From: a virus
Taxonomy: Duplodnaviria > Caudoviricetes
IMG/VR virus record: IMGVR_UViG_2902511754_000003
Location: 9,764-73,763 of that record
Direction: 5' to 3' (one strand)
Length of the DNA stretch: 64,000 nt
Shown here: piece by piece, positions 17,879 through 26,977 of the stretch
Numbering within the stretch: the first letter of the stretch is position 1
Layout of the letters: each line of letters opens with the position of its first letter
The notes under the pieces: model-generated
Database searches by the model: none
Told to the model about the DNA's origin: nothing
The model's input: the letters and a program-made list of their open reading frames with translations, nothing else
Position numbers and translations under genes: made by a program

Positions 17879-18106
17879 ATGTCGAAAGATAAATTAATTG
17901 TTGCTATCAATTATTTCGGTAGTTTTTGTATTGGTGTACTTGAATTTATCGCACGAGGTGATACAAAAACATTTGAGATATTTGGATATTCAATTAACAC
18001 GCAACAAATTCATTTTCTTTCAATGATGATTTTTATGTATTTGACCTTGTTGAATTGGTCAATGGTTTCCAAATGTTTAAAAAGAATCTTGTCTAAATTC
18101 CTTTAA
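17879..18106 (+). CDS. Small AT-rich membrane protein, moron inserted between gpM and gpL
   Basis: 75 aa, two hydrophobic segments, convergent with gpM (stops 1 nt apart). Confidence 0.65.
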   Translation: MSKDKLIVAINYFGSFCIGVLEFIARGDTKTFEIFGYSINTQQIHFLSMMIFMYLTLLNWSMVSKCLKRILSKFL

Positions 18107-18107
18107 A

Positions 18108-18758
18108 TTAAGATTCAGCCTTTTCAAGCTGTTTTCTTAATTTTTTGATTTCACCTTTTACGCCGATTTTTTGATCTAAACCGAGGGCTGATTCAAGGTA
18201 TTGCAAGGCTTGTTCGGGATTTTTTGCTGCAGTAAGCAATCCCAATTCACGCAATAATCTCGCTCGGCTTTCGTCCGGCATATCGCAATCGGTGGTAATG
18301 CGGTTTGCCTGTTCCAAATATGCCACGTTAAAAGGTTGATTTGCCGCTTGTGCCGCTTTGGCTGCATCGGCAAATTCTTCGGCGATAAGTGTGCCTAAGG
18401 TTCGGCTGAAGGGTTCAGGCAGTCGCAAATCGTGAAAAACGGCATAGTCGGCAATGGTTAAGGCAAGGTGATATTCGCCACAGTCAATCGCCCAGACACA
18501 CCACGTCATCACCACATTATCTTGTTTGCCTGTGCCGGCAGATAATGCCCCTTCAAGCCAAGGCAGATAATCCGGCAAAATGCGTTTTTTAAAGGCTGCT
18601 TTACGCACCGTGGATTGAATTTGTTTCAAATCCTTTTTGTGGCGGGCAAGCAAGCGGAGCATTTTGTCGTATTCGCTAAATTGGCTTAAATCCTCGGTTT
18701 CTGCCGCATTGGCTAAAGCGGCAGAGACTTCCAGGAAATGACGTTTAGTTGGGCGCAT
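18108..18758 (-). CDS. gpM: Terminase endonuclease/small subunit gpM (start MRPTKRH)
   Basis: LPDYLPWLEGAL...WAIDCG...GVKGEIKKL. Confidence 0.92.
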   Translation of the reverse strand: MRPTKRHFLEVSAALANAAETEDLSQFSEYDKMLRLLARHKKDLKQIQSTVRKAAFKKRILPDYLPWLEGALSAGTGKQDNVVMTWCVWAIDCGEYHLALTIADYAVFHDLRLPEPFSRTLGTLIAEEFADAAKAAQAANQPFNVAYLEQANRITTDCDMPDESRARLLRELGLLTAAKNPEQALQYLESALGLDQKIGVKGEIKKLRKQLEKAES

Positions 18759-18762
18759 TGGC

Positions 18763-19818
18763 TTATTCCGTTGTGCCGTTAGTGGTTTCGGTAGCCGGTG
18801 CATCAACAATCCGGATGTTTTTCGCCAATGCCACTGCTTCATAGTTTTCGACCACGTATGCTTCATTTGAAGATAAATAGTCTTCCACTCGGTTGCGTTC
18901 CGGCTTGTCTTTAAAGTGACGGCGCACTTTGCCTTCTTGGACGTAGATTGACAAGTTATCCAATGCGGTAATCAGCACCGTGCCTTTCGGGAAATACGGC
19001 ACAGACACCGCCTGTAAACCGCCCACCCGTTTTTGACTGATGACCGTATCACCGGCGACTTGCTCACTTGGCTTTTCTTGGTTGATTAATGGGAAGTATT
19101 TATCCGCTAATAAATCGCTACCCATAATCGCTACTAATTTAGTGTCGTCACGGTATTGTGCGGGAATAAAGTCTTCTTTGAGGGCGAACACAAAGGCATC
19201 AAGATTTTTGTAAGTTTTCCCTGTGCCGATTTCGATTTTGCCGCTGCCTTTGGTTTCTTCCGTCATCACACGGGCTGTGGCTTTGGTTTCAATTTGATGT
19301 AACCAGCCGACATTGACATCTTGCAATAATGGGTTGGCGGTAAGGTCTGTTGTGGTTGCAACACTTGAGCCGTTAAACCCGATCATAATACGGTCGTGTG
19401 CAATGCGTTCGGCTTTGAGATTGCCAATACGGGCGGCAAAATCAGGAAATTTCGCCCAACTATCCAAGGTGGCATAGTTTAAATGGGTGTCAAAGTTGGT
19501 TTGCTCACAAGAGTAGGTGTTTTCTTCAAGACTGTGAATGTCTCTTGTTTCACGCTCTTTTTTGTTGGTATCGGTGCGGCTTGCAATCGGGCCTAATACG
19601 CCTAAACGCAAGGTCGCCCCCTTCATTTCGGTGACCATCACCACATTAATGCGTTTTAGAAAATCGGAGTTTTCCAATACGGCATTTTCGAGTTTTTGTT
19701 GAATGGTTGGCTCAACGGTGAACTGACCGCCTGCGGCAACAAATTCTACGGATTCACCATTGTCTGCAGCAACACCGGCGAAATAATGGGCTAATTTGGT
19801 TTTGGTAAATTTATTCAT
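18763..19818 (-). CDS. gpN: Major capsid protein gpN
   Basis: FTVEPTIQQKLE...IGFNG...NPLLQDVNVGWL. Confidence 0.96.
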   Translation of the reverse strand: MNKFTKTKLAHYFAGVAADNGESVEFVAAGGQFTVEPTIQQKLENAVLENSDFLKRINVVMVTEMKGATLRLGVLGPIASRTDTNKKERETRDIHSLEENTYSCEQTNFDTHLNYATLDSWAKFPDFAARIGNLKAERIAHDRIMIGFNGSSVATTTDLTANPLLQDVNVGWLHQIETKATARVMTEETKGSGKIEIGTGKTYKNLDAFVFALKEDFIPAQYRDDTKLVAIMGSDLLADKYFPLINQEKPSEQVAGDTVISQKRVGGLQAVSVPYFPKGTVLITALDNLSIYVQEGKVRRHFKDKPERNRVEDYLSSNEAYVVENYEAVALAKNIRIVDAPATETTNGTTE

Positions 19819-19839
19819 TTTGGCTTCCTGTGGTGATGA

Positions 19840-20667
19840 TTAGAAGAAACGTCCGTCTGCTTCGGCTTTTTCGCCCGCCACGAGAGGGCGTTCGGTATAG
19901 TCAGCGGATGGTGTTTGTTCAAGTTGGGTAAACTTGCTTTGAATCGCTTTTTGGGTTTCTTGCATTGTGGCAAATTCCGCTTTTTGTTTTTCAAAATCGG
20001 CAGAAAGTGCGGTCAATTTTTCCAAGTTTTCTTTGGTTTGCTCGGCAAGCAATTCGATGGATTGTTCATGCACGGCAAAACGTTCATCATCGGATTTTTC
20101 TTTTTTAGCGAATAATCCTTTGATTTTTTCAAGAATAGACGGGGATTTTTCCGCTTCTTCCACAAACTCTAATTCGGTTTCAACAGCCGCGGTGAAAAGG
20201 TTGTCATCTTTTTCTTTGCGGTTATTGAGTGGGTTGGCTGTTGCACCGGCAGAGAATTTCAACATTTCGGTGCCGAGGCTTGCCGGATTATCGGTGACGG
20301 CAAGACCGACTAAATAAGCCTCGCCGGTGTCGGCAAAATTCGGATCACATTCAATGGACGTGTAGATTTTTTGGCGGTCTTTATTGAGTTTGATTAAATC
20401 TTCTGTGGGGTCGATTTGAGCCAATAACTGTAATTTACCTTCTTTGTTTTCTTCGGTTTTTAATCCAATGACATCACCATAGCATTTGGAATGCGGATCA
20501 TCTTTCCACATATAACGGAATTTAAGATGTTCAAGATTGATACGTGCGCCATATTTTTTAGGGTCGTAATTTGCCGCCATTTGTTCAATCCAACTGCGAT
20601 TGATCATGCGACCGTCTGTTGTTGCCCCTTCTGTTGCAACAACAAACCATTTAGAAAGTTTTGCCAT
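19840..20667 (-). CDS. gpO: Capsid scaffold/protease gpO (start MAKLSKW)
   Basis: WFVVATEGATTDGR...YLVGLAVTDNPASLGTE. Confidence 0.95.
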   Translation of the reverse strand: MAKLSKWFVVATEGATTDGRMINRSWIEQMAANYDPKKYGARINLEHLKFRYMWKDDPHSKCYGDVIGLKTEENKEGKLQLLAQIDPTEDLIKLNKDRQKIYTSIECDPNFADTGEAYLVGLAVTDNPASLGTEMLKFSAGATANPLNNRKEKDDNLFTAAVETELEFVEEAEKSPSILEKIKGLFAKKEKSDDERFAVHEQSIELLAEQTKENLEKLTALSADFEKQKAEFATMQETQKAIQSKFTQLEQTPSADYTERPLVAGEKAEADGRFF

Positions 20668-20705
20668 CGGCTTATCCTTAGTGAATGAGTTCAATAATTG
20701 CGCCC

Positions 20706-20804
20706 ATTCTGAAAGACTTTTCACACCTGTGCGAGTGTTTGCCATTGTTGCTTTTGGTTTCACAAAACGCCCTGAAAGACGACCGCCCTTATACTTTCTA
20801 CTAT
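20706..20804. promoter_or_regulatory. Divergent late promoters pO/pP sharing one TGT-N13-ACA dyad (20746-20764)
   Basis: Minus: dyad-N11-TCGCAC-N17-CAGAAT; plus: dyad-N11-AAGACG-N17-TACTAT. Confidence 0.72.
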
Positions 20805-20832
20805 GCCGTTATTAAAATTTAAGAGATAACGC

Positions 20833-22611
20833 ATGACAGAACCTATCAACAATACACCTCAACCGGAAACCACGGCAGACACAAAACGCCAAGCACAAGT
20901 GATGTATTTTAGCGGATATAAAATTGCAGAAATATCACGTCAGTTAAATATTCCGACATCGACGATTTCCAGTTGGAAAGAGCGTGAAAAATGGGATGAT
21001 TTCGCCCCTGTCGGGCGTGTTGAATTGACCCTAGAAAGTCGTTTGAATTTGCTCATTCTGAAAGAAAATAAGAGTGGGGCGGATTATAAAGAAATTGATT
21101 TACTCGGCCGCCAAATGGAACGCATGGCGCGTGTGAAAAAATATTCCTTTGGGGAAGGCAATGAAGTGGATTTAAACCCGAAACTTGCCAATCGTAACAA
21201 AGGCGAACGCAAGAAAACCGAGCCAAATGCGATCAGTCCGGAACAGGAAGAATTGTTGATTAATGGTTTTCTTGAGGGAATGTTTAACTATCAACGAGTG
21301 TGGCACAAGGCAAAAGAACATCGAATCCGCAATATTTTGAAAAGTCGTCAGATTGGGGCGACTTATTATTTTGCTCATGAAGCATTCGTTGATGCGCTGA
21401 CAACGGGCCATAATCAAATCTTTCTTTCCGCCAGTAAAAAACAGGCGTTGCAGTTCCGTTCTTATATTGTCAATTATGCCAAGCAGACGGCAGACGTGGA
21501 TTTAAAAGGGGAAACCATCAAACTGCCGAATGGGGCAGAATTGATTTTTTTGGGGACAAACTCCGCCACCGCCCAATCCTATCACGGCAATTTGTATTTT
21601 GATGAAGTGTTTTGGGTGCCGAAATTTGATGTGATGCGTAAAGTGGCATCGGGTATGGCGGCGCAAAAGATGTATCGTCAAACTTACTTTTCTACGCCCA
21701 CTACCATTGCACACCCCGCTTATGCGTTCTTTTCCGGTAAAGCCTTTAATCGCAACCGTGCGAAATCAGAAAAAGTGGAAATTGATATTTCTCACGAAAA
21801 TTTAAAAAGTGGGAAATTGTGCGCTGATCGCCAATGGAAACAGATTGTGAGCATTTACGATGCGATGGAAGGCGGGTGCAATCTGTTCAATATTGATGAT
21901 TTGATTGCAGAAAATAGCAAAGAAGAGTTTGAGCAGTTGTTTTTGTGTCAATTTGCCGATGATGATAGTTCCGCCTTCAAGTTTGCCGATTTACAACTAT
22001 GCCAAGTGGATAGCTGGGAAGAGTGGACGGATTATAAACCCGAATGGAAACGGCCCTTTGGCAATCGTGAGGTGTGGCTTGGTTATGACCCCGCATTCAC
22101 CGGCGACCGCGCGGCACTCGCTATTGTTGCCCCGCCTAAAGTGGAAGGGGGCGACTATCGTGTGTTGCATTGGCAAACCTTTCACGGTATGGATTATGAA
22201 GCGCAAGCAAATCGAATCAAACAATTTTGTGATGATTATAACGTCACCCGTATTGTGATTGATAAAACGGGAATGGGGTCGGGCGTGTATCAAGAAGTGA
22301 GAAAATTTTACCCGATGGCGCAAGGGTTAGATTATAACGCTGATTTAAAAAATGAAATGGTGCTGAAAACGCAAAATCTCATTCAGAAACGTCGTTTGAA
22401 ATTCGACGGCAAAGAAATTATTACCAGTTTTATGACAGTGAAAAAACGTACCACCGGCACGGGCAGAATCACTTACGTTTCCGACCGGTCGGAAGAAGCC
22501 AGCCACGGCGATTTATCGTGGGCGATTATGAATTGCATTTTGAATGTGCCTTATGGCTTGGGCGGTGATGTGGCAAACCAAGCGCAAACAACAATCTTTA
22601 CTTTTGAATAG
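20833..22611 (+). CDS. gpP: Terminase ATPase/large subunit gpP
   Basis: RNILKSRQIGATYYFA Walker A, LYFDEVFW Walker B, WLGYDPA nuclease Asp. Confidence 0.96.
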   Translation: MTEPINNTPQPETTADTKRQAQVMYFSGYKIAEISRQLNIPTSTISSWKEREKWDDFAPVGRVELTLESRLNLLILKENKSGADYKEIDLLGRQMERMARVKKYSFGEGNEVDLNPKLANRNKGERKKTEPNAISPEQEELLINGFLEGMFNYQRVWHKAKEHRIRNILKSRQIGATYYFAHEAFVDALTTGHNQIFLSASKKQALQFRSYIVNYAKQTADVDLKGETIKLPNGAELIFLGTNSATAQSYHGNLYFDEVFWVPKFDVMRKVASGMAAQKMYRQTYFSTPTTIAHPAYAFFSGKAFNRNRAKSEKVEIDISHENLKSGKLCADRQWKQIVSIYDAMEGGCNLFNIDDLIAENSKEEFEQLFLCQFADDDSSAFKFADLQLCQVDSWEEWTDYKPEWKRPFGNREVWLGYDPAFTGDRAALAIVAPPKVEGGDYRVLHWQTFHGMDYEAQANRIKQFCDDYNVTRIVIDKTGMGSGVYQEVRKFYPMAQGLDYNADLKNEMVLKTQNLIQKRRLKFDGKEIITSFMTVKKRTTGTGRITYVSDRSEEASHGDLSWAIMNCILNVPYGLGGDVANQAQTTIFTFE

Positions 22612-22619
22612 GATTTAAC

Positions 22620-23630
22620 ATGAAAAAATCACGTAAAAAAATGACCGCACTTTCTTCACAATCGAACGTAGAAGCCTTTAGTTTTGGTGAGCCGATTCCT
22701 GTGCTTGACCGTGCGGAAATCCTCAATTATTTCGAACCGGTGTTGATGTATCAAAAATATTACAATCCACCGATTAATTTGAGTTATCTCGCCAAGGCTA
22801 TTAATGCTTCGTCCCATCACCAAAGTGCAATCACCGTGAAGAAAAACATTTTGCTTTCTACTTGCAAAACGACCGCACTTTTGCCACGCACGCAACTTGA
22901 AAAATTGGTGCAGGATTATTTAGTTTTTGGGAATGCCTACGTTGAAATTAAACGTAATTCTTTTGGTGAGGTGATCGCATTAAATGCACCACTGGCAAAA
23001 TATATGAGGGTGGGTGTAGAGCAGGGTGTATTTTATCAAGTAGTAAACGGCTTTGATGAACACAAGTTTGCAAAAGGTTCGGTTTTCAATTTGGTTAATC
23101 CTGATGTGAATCAAGAAATTTATGGCGTGCCGGAATATTTGGCGGCATTACAATCCGCCTTTTTAAATGAGAGTGCGACATTATTCCGCCGTAAATATTA
23201 TCTCAACGGCGCACACGCAGGGGCGATTATTTATATGACCGACCCAACACAGAACAAAGACAGTGTTGAGGCAATCAAAGAACAAATCCGACAAACCAAG
23301 GGAACGGGGAATTTTAAAAATTTATTTATCAATATTCCAGACGGAAAAAAAGATGGCATACAGGTCATTCCGCTTTCCGATGCGGTGGCAAAAGATGAAT
23401 TTCTTAATATCAAAAACACGAGCCGTGATGATGTGTTAGCTGCGCACCGTGTGCCGCCGCAACTGATGGGGATTATTCCGAATAATACCGGCGGTTTTGG
23501 TGATGTTGAAAAGGCGACTAAGGTATTCTTCGTCAATGAGATTATTCCGCTACAAGAGCGGTTAAAAGAAATTAATGCGATTGTAGGAAAAGAAGTCATC
23601 ACTTTCAGCGAATACAAACTGTTTGAATAA
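22620..23630 (+). CDS. gpQ: Portal protein gpQ (PBSX family)
   Basis: AFSFGEPIPVLD...QEIYGVPEY...AAHRVPPQLMG. Confidence 0.96.
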   Translation: MKKSRKKMTALSSQSNVEAFSFGEPIPVLDRAEILNYFEPVLMYQKYYNPPINLSYLAKAINASSHHQSAITVKKNILLSTCKTTALLPRTQLEKLVQDYLVFGNAYVEIKRNSFGEVIALNAPLAKYMRVGVEQGVFYQVVNGFDEHKFAKGSVFNLVNPDVNQEIYGVPEYLAALQSAFLNESATLFRRKYYLNGAHAGAIIYMTDPTQNKDSVEAIKEQIRQTKGTGNFKNLFINIPDGKKDGIQVIPLSDAVAKDEFLNIKNTSRDDVLAAHRVPPQLMGIIPNNTGGFGDVEKATKVFFVNEIIPLQERLKEINAIVGKEVITFSEYKLFE

Positions 23631-23656
23631 AAACAGATCCTTTTAAAATAAAAATG

Positions 23657-23679
23657 CCCGTGCTTACCACGGGTTTTTT
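23657..23679 (+). terminator. Terminator after portal
   Basis: CCCGTG-CTTAC-CACGGG-T6. Confidence 0.75.
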
Positions 23680-23814
23680 ATTGCCAGAACAAAGCTGTTT
23701 TTTTCTCTGATTTATTTAATTCCGCCCCTGTTTATTATATCAAACTACCCCATAACACAAAGGCGAAAACCTTATTTTTCCCCTGATTTTTAACCACTTT
23801 CACGCACGAAAAAT

Positions 23815-23850
23815 CGCAAGCAAACCTTCGCCACGCCCGCACACTAAATG
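23815..23850 (-). other. Candidate cos site of P2-like phage
   Basis: Minus strand GGCGTGGCG (23829-23837) resembles the start of the P2 cohesive end GGCGAGGCG; canonical position beyond Q. Confidence 0.55.
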
Positions 23851-24065
23851 TGTGGATTTCAACGCAAATTGCGATCCTTATTAAAGCCTTTTCAGATATA
23901 GTGCCTTTTAGATCCTTTTATTTAGATCTTTCAACGCAAACCAACGCAGAAAAACGCAGTTTTTTAGATCCTTTACTAAGGAATTAGATCATTTTAAAAT
24001 TTTGGGTGCAATTTAGCGTGATTTTCTACATGTTAAGGTTTTGTTTTTATTGAAAACGGAAAAAT

Positions 24066-24079
24066 GACCCTAGGCACCA
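24066..24079 (+). other. att core: tRNA 3'-end duplicate GACCCTAGGCACCA (probably tRNA-Leu)
   Basis: Ends in ACCA, resembles recalled tRNA-Leu 3' ends, lies 32 nt from the integrase stop and is followed by a hairpin; no tRNA body upstream. Confidence 0.7.
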
Positions 24080-24084
24080 AATTT

Positions 24085-24134
24085 AAAAAAAAGTCGTAAG
24101 TTATTGATAAATCAATGGTTTACGGCTTTTTTAT
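24085..24134. terminator. Bidirectional hairpin after att core, overlapping int stop
   Basis: AAAAAAGTCGTAAGTTATTGAT / ATCAATGGTTTACGGCTTTTTT imperfect inverted repeat. Confidence 0.6.
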
Positions 24135-25203
24135 TTGTGCTTTTTTCGTTTATTTCGTCATTTTCTGCGGTGATTTTTGAAGTGTCGATCGCAGAGTTTG
24201 ACGTAAATTTGACGTGGTTTGCGTATCTCAACAAATGGTCAGCGTTGAGATGTGCATAACGTTTTACCATTTCCAAGGTTTCCCAACCCCCCAAATCTTT
24301 TAGCACCATCAATGGGGTGCCATTTTGAACATGCCAGCTCGCCCAGGTGTGACGCAAATCATGGAAACGGAAATTCTCAATTTTGCACCGTTTGAGTGCG
24401 CGTTTGAAATCGTAGGCATCAATTTCGCTGATTCGTTTTCCTTTTCCACGGTGAAAGACATAAGGTGAAATACGCTCAAATGTTCGCCTTTTCAAAATAG
24501 CCATTGCTTCGCCGCCTAATAACAAAGATCTTGCTTTGCCTGATTTGGCAATATCGCTTGTTACAATGGCTACTTGTCTTTCTATGTCAATTTTATCCCA
24601 TGTTAATGTGAGGATCTCACTCGCTCTTGCGCCGGTGGCGAGAGCAAATGCGCAGACATCTTTCATCCATTCCAGTTGTAATGCATTGATTAAGCTTTGC
24701 GCTTTTGTTTGGCTTATCCATCGTACTCTTATTTTAGGTTCTCTGTTGCGTGGAATGTGCGGTATGCTATCAATCCAACCTGCTTTTTGTGCAAGGGATA
24801 GTACACGCATAATAGAGGAGCGGTAACGATTTTGGGTGGAAGGAGAAATTGGCTCTTTTGTGCCTGTTTTGTGAGTGGGGAGGGCGTTTAGAATATCATC
24901 GGTTGTTAAAGAGCTAAGTAGCCGTCCTGATAATGCCTCACGCCAATATTCCACATGGCGGATTTTAGTGGTGAAATCCTTTTGCCCTTGTGAAATCTCG
25001 AGGAAACGAATTAACGCCTCTTCGATTGTTCTTTCCGGCTTTTTGTTGAGTTTTTCAACTTGCCAAAGTTCGTGTTTTAACTTGTCGTGATATTCTTGCG
25101 CGAGCCTTTTTTCAGTTGTTTTAGCAGAGCATCTAATTCTTTCTCCGCTCGGTGTGGCAATATCGATTTGCCATATCCCGTTTTTTGATTTTCTGATCGA
25201 CAT
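24112..25203 (-). CDS. int: Tyrosine integrase (start MSIRKSK)
   Basis: TGAR, FHDLRH, LGGW...RYAH catalytic motifs. Confidence 0.96.
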   Translation of the reverse strand: MSIRKSKNGIWQIDIATPSGERIRCSAKTTEKRLAQEYHDKLKHELWQVEKLNKKPERTIEEALIRFLEISQGQKDFTTKIRHVEYWREALSGRLLSSLTTDDILNALPTHKTGTKEPISPSTQNRYRSSIMRVLSLAQKAGWIDSIPHIPRNREPKIRVRWISQTKAQSLINALQLEWMKDVCAFALATGARASEILTLTWDKIDIERQVAIVTSDIAKSGKARSLLLGGEAMAILKRRTFERISPYVFHRGKGKRISEIDAYDFKRALKRCKIENFRFHDLRHTWASWHVQNGTPLMVLKDLGGWETLEMVKRYAHLNADHLLRYANHVKFTSNSAIDTSKITAENDEINEKSTNKKAVNH

Positions 25204-25409
25204 TTTCTTTTCTCCGAATCGCCGACCTGTATATCTCGGCATAAATTATTCTTCTTTTTCTTACTTTGTTCAAGAACTGATTTTTCTACAAGCCAAATCT
25301 TTGAAGATTTCATTTGAAAAAATCCCCATTCTTTTTTACGGGCAAAAACAGTAGAGTAGCTTAAATTCAGTAGTTTTGCCGCTTGCTTGACTGTTAATGT
25401 CTGCTCCAT
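25077..25409 (-). CDS. Excisionase-like HTH protein overlapping int start
   Basis: TLTVKQAAKLLNLSYSTV HTH_17-like; position upstream of int. Confidence 0.75.
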   Translation of the reverse strand: MEQTLTVKQAAKLLNLSYSTVFARKKEWGFFQMKSSKIWLVEKSVLEQSKKKKNNLCRDIQVGDSEKRKCRSENQKTGYGKSILPHRAEKELDALLKQLKKGSRKNITTS

Positions 25410-25596
25410 ATTTTCTCCACTACTTCAAAATATCCGGCACCTCAACAACTTTTAGCTGTTCAGGTGTCTTGTCTTTGTACTTAAGATAATAGTTGACGAT
25501 CTCGGTCGCTTGCTCTTCCGTTACAGTTCTATGAGTTTCTTGGACCACCGTCCAAATATGTCTATATTGGCATTCAAGCACGACGTATCGTGTTAA

Positions 25597-25785
25597 TTAT
25601 TTGGGCTGTTCCGGCAAAGGTTGCCAGTATGTTACGTTTGCATAAGAGTTACTTGGAAAGGTGAACCACTTATCATTAACTCTTTCTGCAACAAAAATAC
25701 ATAAATGATTGCAGCATAAAACTTGTTGAAAATTATCCGGCAATCTATCCTCAACACTGATCCAGCCGTTATTGTTTTCACTCAT
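25597..25785 (-). CDS. DUF551-family phage protein
   Basis: GWISVEDRLP...VTYWQPLPEQP. Confidence 0.85.
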   Translation of the reverse strand: MSENNNGWISVEDRLPDNFQQVLCCNHLCIFVAERVNDKWFTFPSNSYANVTYWQPLPEQPK

Positions 25786-25827
25786 TTTTTAAGTCCTCTT
25801 TGTTTGTTAATTTCATTATTTGTTTTC

Positions 25828-25956
25828 CTAAAAAGCCTGTTCAATTCTATGTATAGGTGCCATTTTTCCGTCATAATCATTACCAAGTTCTAAGTGCCAC
25901 GCCAAGCTGATAAATACCAACGCTATCAGTGTAATTTTTACCTTTCTAATGCTCAT
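25828..25956 (-). CDS. 42-aa membrane/secreted peptide with DYDGK motif (not in ORF track)
   Basis: MSIRKVKITLIALVFISLAWHLELGNDYDGKMAPIHRIEQAF; AAAGGA RBS; paralogue at 29916-30026. Confidence 0.7.
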   Translation of the reverse strand: MSIRKVKITLIALVFISLAWHLELGNDYDGKMAPIHRIEQAF

Positions 25957-25974
25957 TTTCTGTTCCTTTTGCTG

Positions 25975-26373
25975 AATCTAAGGTGCAAGAAACCGCCACA
26001 CGATTTTCACGGGGAAAAGTGCGGTCGGTTTTGATTAAGTTTTAGATTACTTGGTAGTTATTGGACTTTGGGTTGTAATTGTTGAGATGTTTTAGCACTC
26101 GCCAATTACTCTCATAGTCATATTGGAAATCAGCCGTGAGGCGTTTCAGGAGTTGATGAACTTCCCGAATAGTGTGCTTATATTCGTAGGCTTGTCCGTA
26201 GATTGCACCGGAATATTTTGAACCGATAGTTTCCATTGCCGGATAAATCATTCGGCAAGTTTCTGTGCCTCGTAAGGCGATAAACCATATCCACGGCAGT
26301 AGTTGAAGTTCGTACTCGGTAAATTCAAAAGTGAATTTCTTTTCGGGTTCGGGTAAGGCGAGCTGTTTTGGCT
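25975..26373. repeat. ~390-bp direct repeat, copy 1 (ant C-terminus plus 3' element)
   Basis: Near-identical to 30045-30443. Confidence 0.9.
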
Positions 26374-26713
26374 CAAGTTGATATTTTCCTGTTTTGCGGA
26401 TTTGGGGTAGCACTTCTTCAAATACCCACGCTTCAAAAGGTTCAGCTTCGGGCTTTCTGCTTTTGATGATCAAGCGGTATAAATTTGGTTCGTTGATGTA
26501 AACTAATTCCTGATTTCCCTTTTCTGTAAGGGTGTAACGTTTCGTTACACCCTTTGCTTTGCAATGATCTTGCAATGCTTTACGTGAATTTGTGTAGCCT
26601 AAAATATCGCAAACGTCCGCTCCACAGAACCAATGTTCTTGATTTGGATCTGTGATAACACGAACTGCATTTGAATTAAAATTGAAAGATTGGAATTGAA
26701 TTTGATTTGACAT
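26042..26713 (-). CDS. Antirepressor-type protein, Bro-N domain plus P22-ant-like C-terminus
   Basis: WFCGADVCDILGYTNSRKAL...INEPNLYRLI...EVLPQIRKTG. Confidence 0.9.
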   Translation of the reverse strand: MSNQIQFQSFNFNSNAVRVITDPNQEHWFCGADVCDILGYTNSRKALQDHCKAKGVTKRYTLTEKGNQELVYINEPNLYRLIIKSRKPEAEPFEAWVFEEVLPQIRKTGKYQLEPKQLALPEPEKKFTFEFTEYELQLLPWIWFIALRGTETCRMIYPAMETIGSKYSGAIYGQAYEYKHTIREVHQLLKRLTADFQYDYESNWRVLKHLNNYNPKSNNYQVI

Positions 26714-26961
26714 AATGTAATCCTATTACTATTTGTTGAAACAAGCCATTTTTCAGAATGGCGGTCAGGAGGCTGAAAAACCCCGTAATAGGAAAGGGCT
26801 GGACGTATTCCCCGAAGGTATTGTATTAGTCGCCCTCCCGACCATAGTCAGGATTACGGATATAAAAAAATCGCCTTGTGGCGATTAGTGAACTATCCGC
26901 CTATTACATTAAGGTTTTCAGACCTTAGGCGGATAGTAAAACAAAACCCCGTGGATTGCAA
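26714..26961 (-). ncRNA. C4-like antisense RNA switch 1 with own sigma70 promoter
   Basis: TTGCAA-N17-TACTAT; core GCGACTAATACAATACCTTCGGGGAATACGTCCAGC; CCTATTAC/GGTTTTTCAG complementary to flanking GTAATAGG/CTGAAAA sites. Confidence 0.75.
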
Positions 26962-26977
26962 CGGGGTTTTTGAAAAT

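Larger units (their letters stand above)
1..24079 (-). mobile_element. P2-like prophage, late region (partial; early/integrase region expected left of window)
   Basis: Q/P divergent from O-N-M-L-X, lysis, R-S, V-W-J-I-H, FI-FII-E-U-D homologues in P2 order; cos-like motif and att-like core at right end. Confidence 0.95.

Noticed and set aside
19840-20763. Longer gpO, gpM and gpE starts from the ORF track
   Set aside because: Extensions cross promoters or upstream genes; family-typical N-termini start at 20667, 18758 and 3216
1115-23617. Many short antisense ORFs in the track (e.g. 1115-1495, 4678-5013, 14725-15174, 23231-23617)
   Set aside because: Shadows of well-supported phage genes with no motifs or RBS
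24000-24079. Intact tRNA gene
   Set aside because: Only the last 14 nt resemble a tRNA; upstream sequence cannot form a cloverleaf
25418-25596. Open frame after the DUF551 stop (LTRYVVLECQY...PDILK*)
   Set aside because: No ATG or RBS found; could be a split-gene remnant but unsupported without homology search
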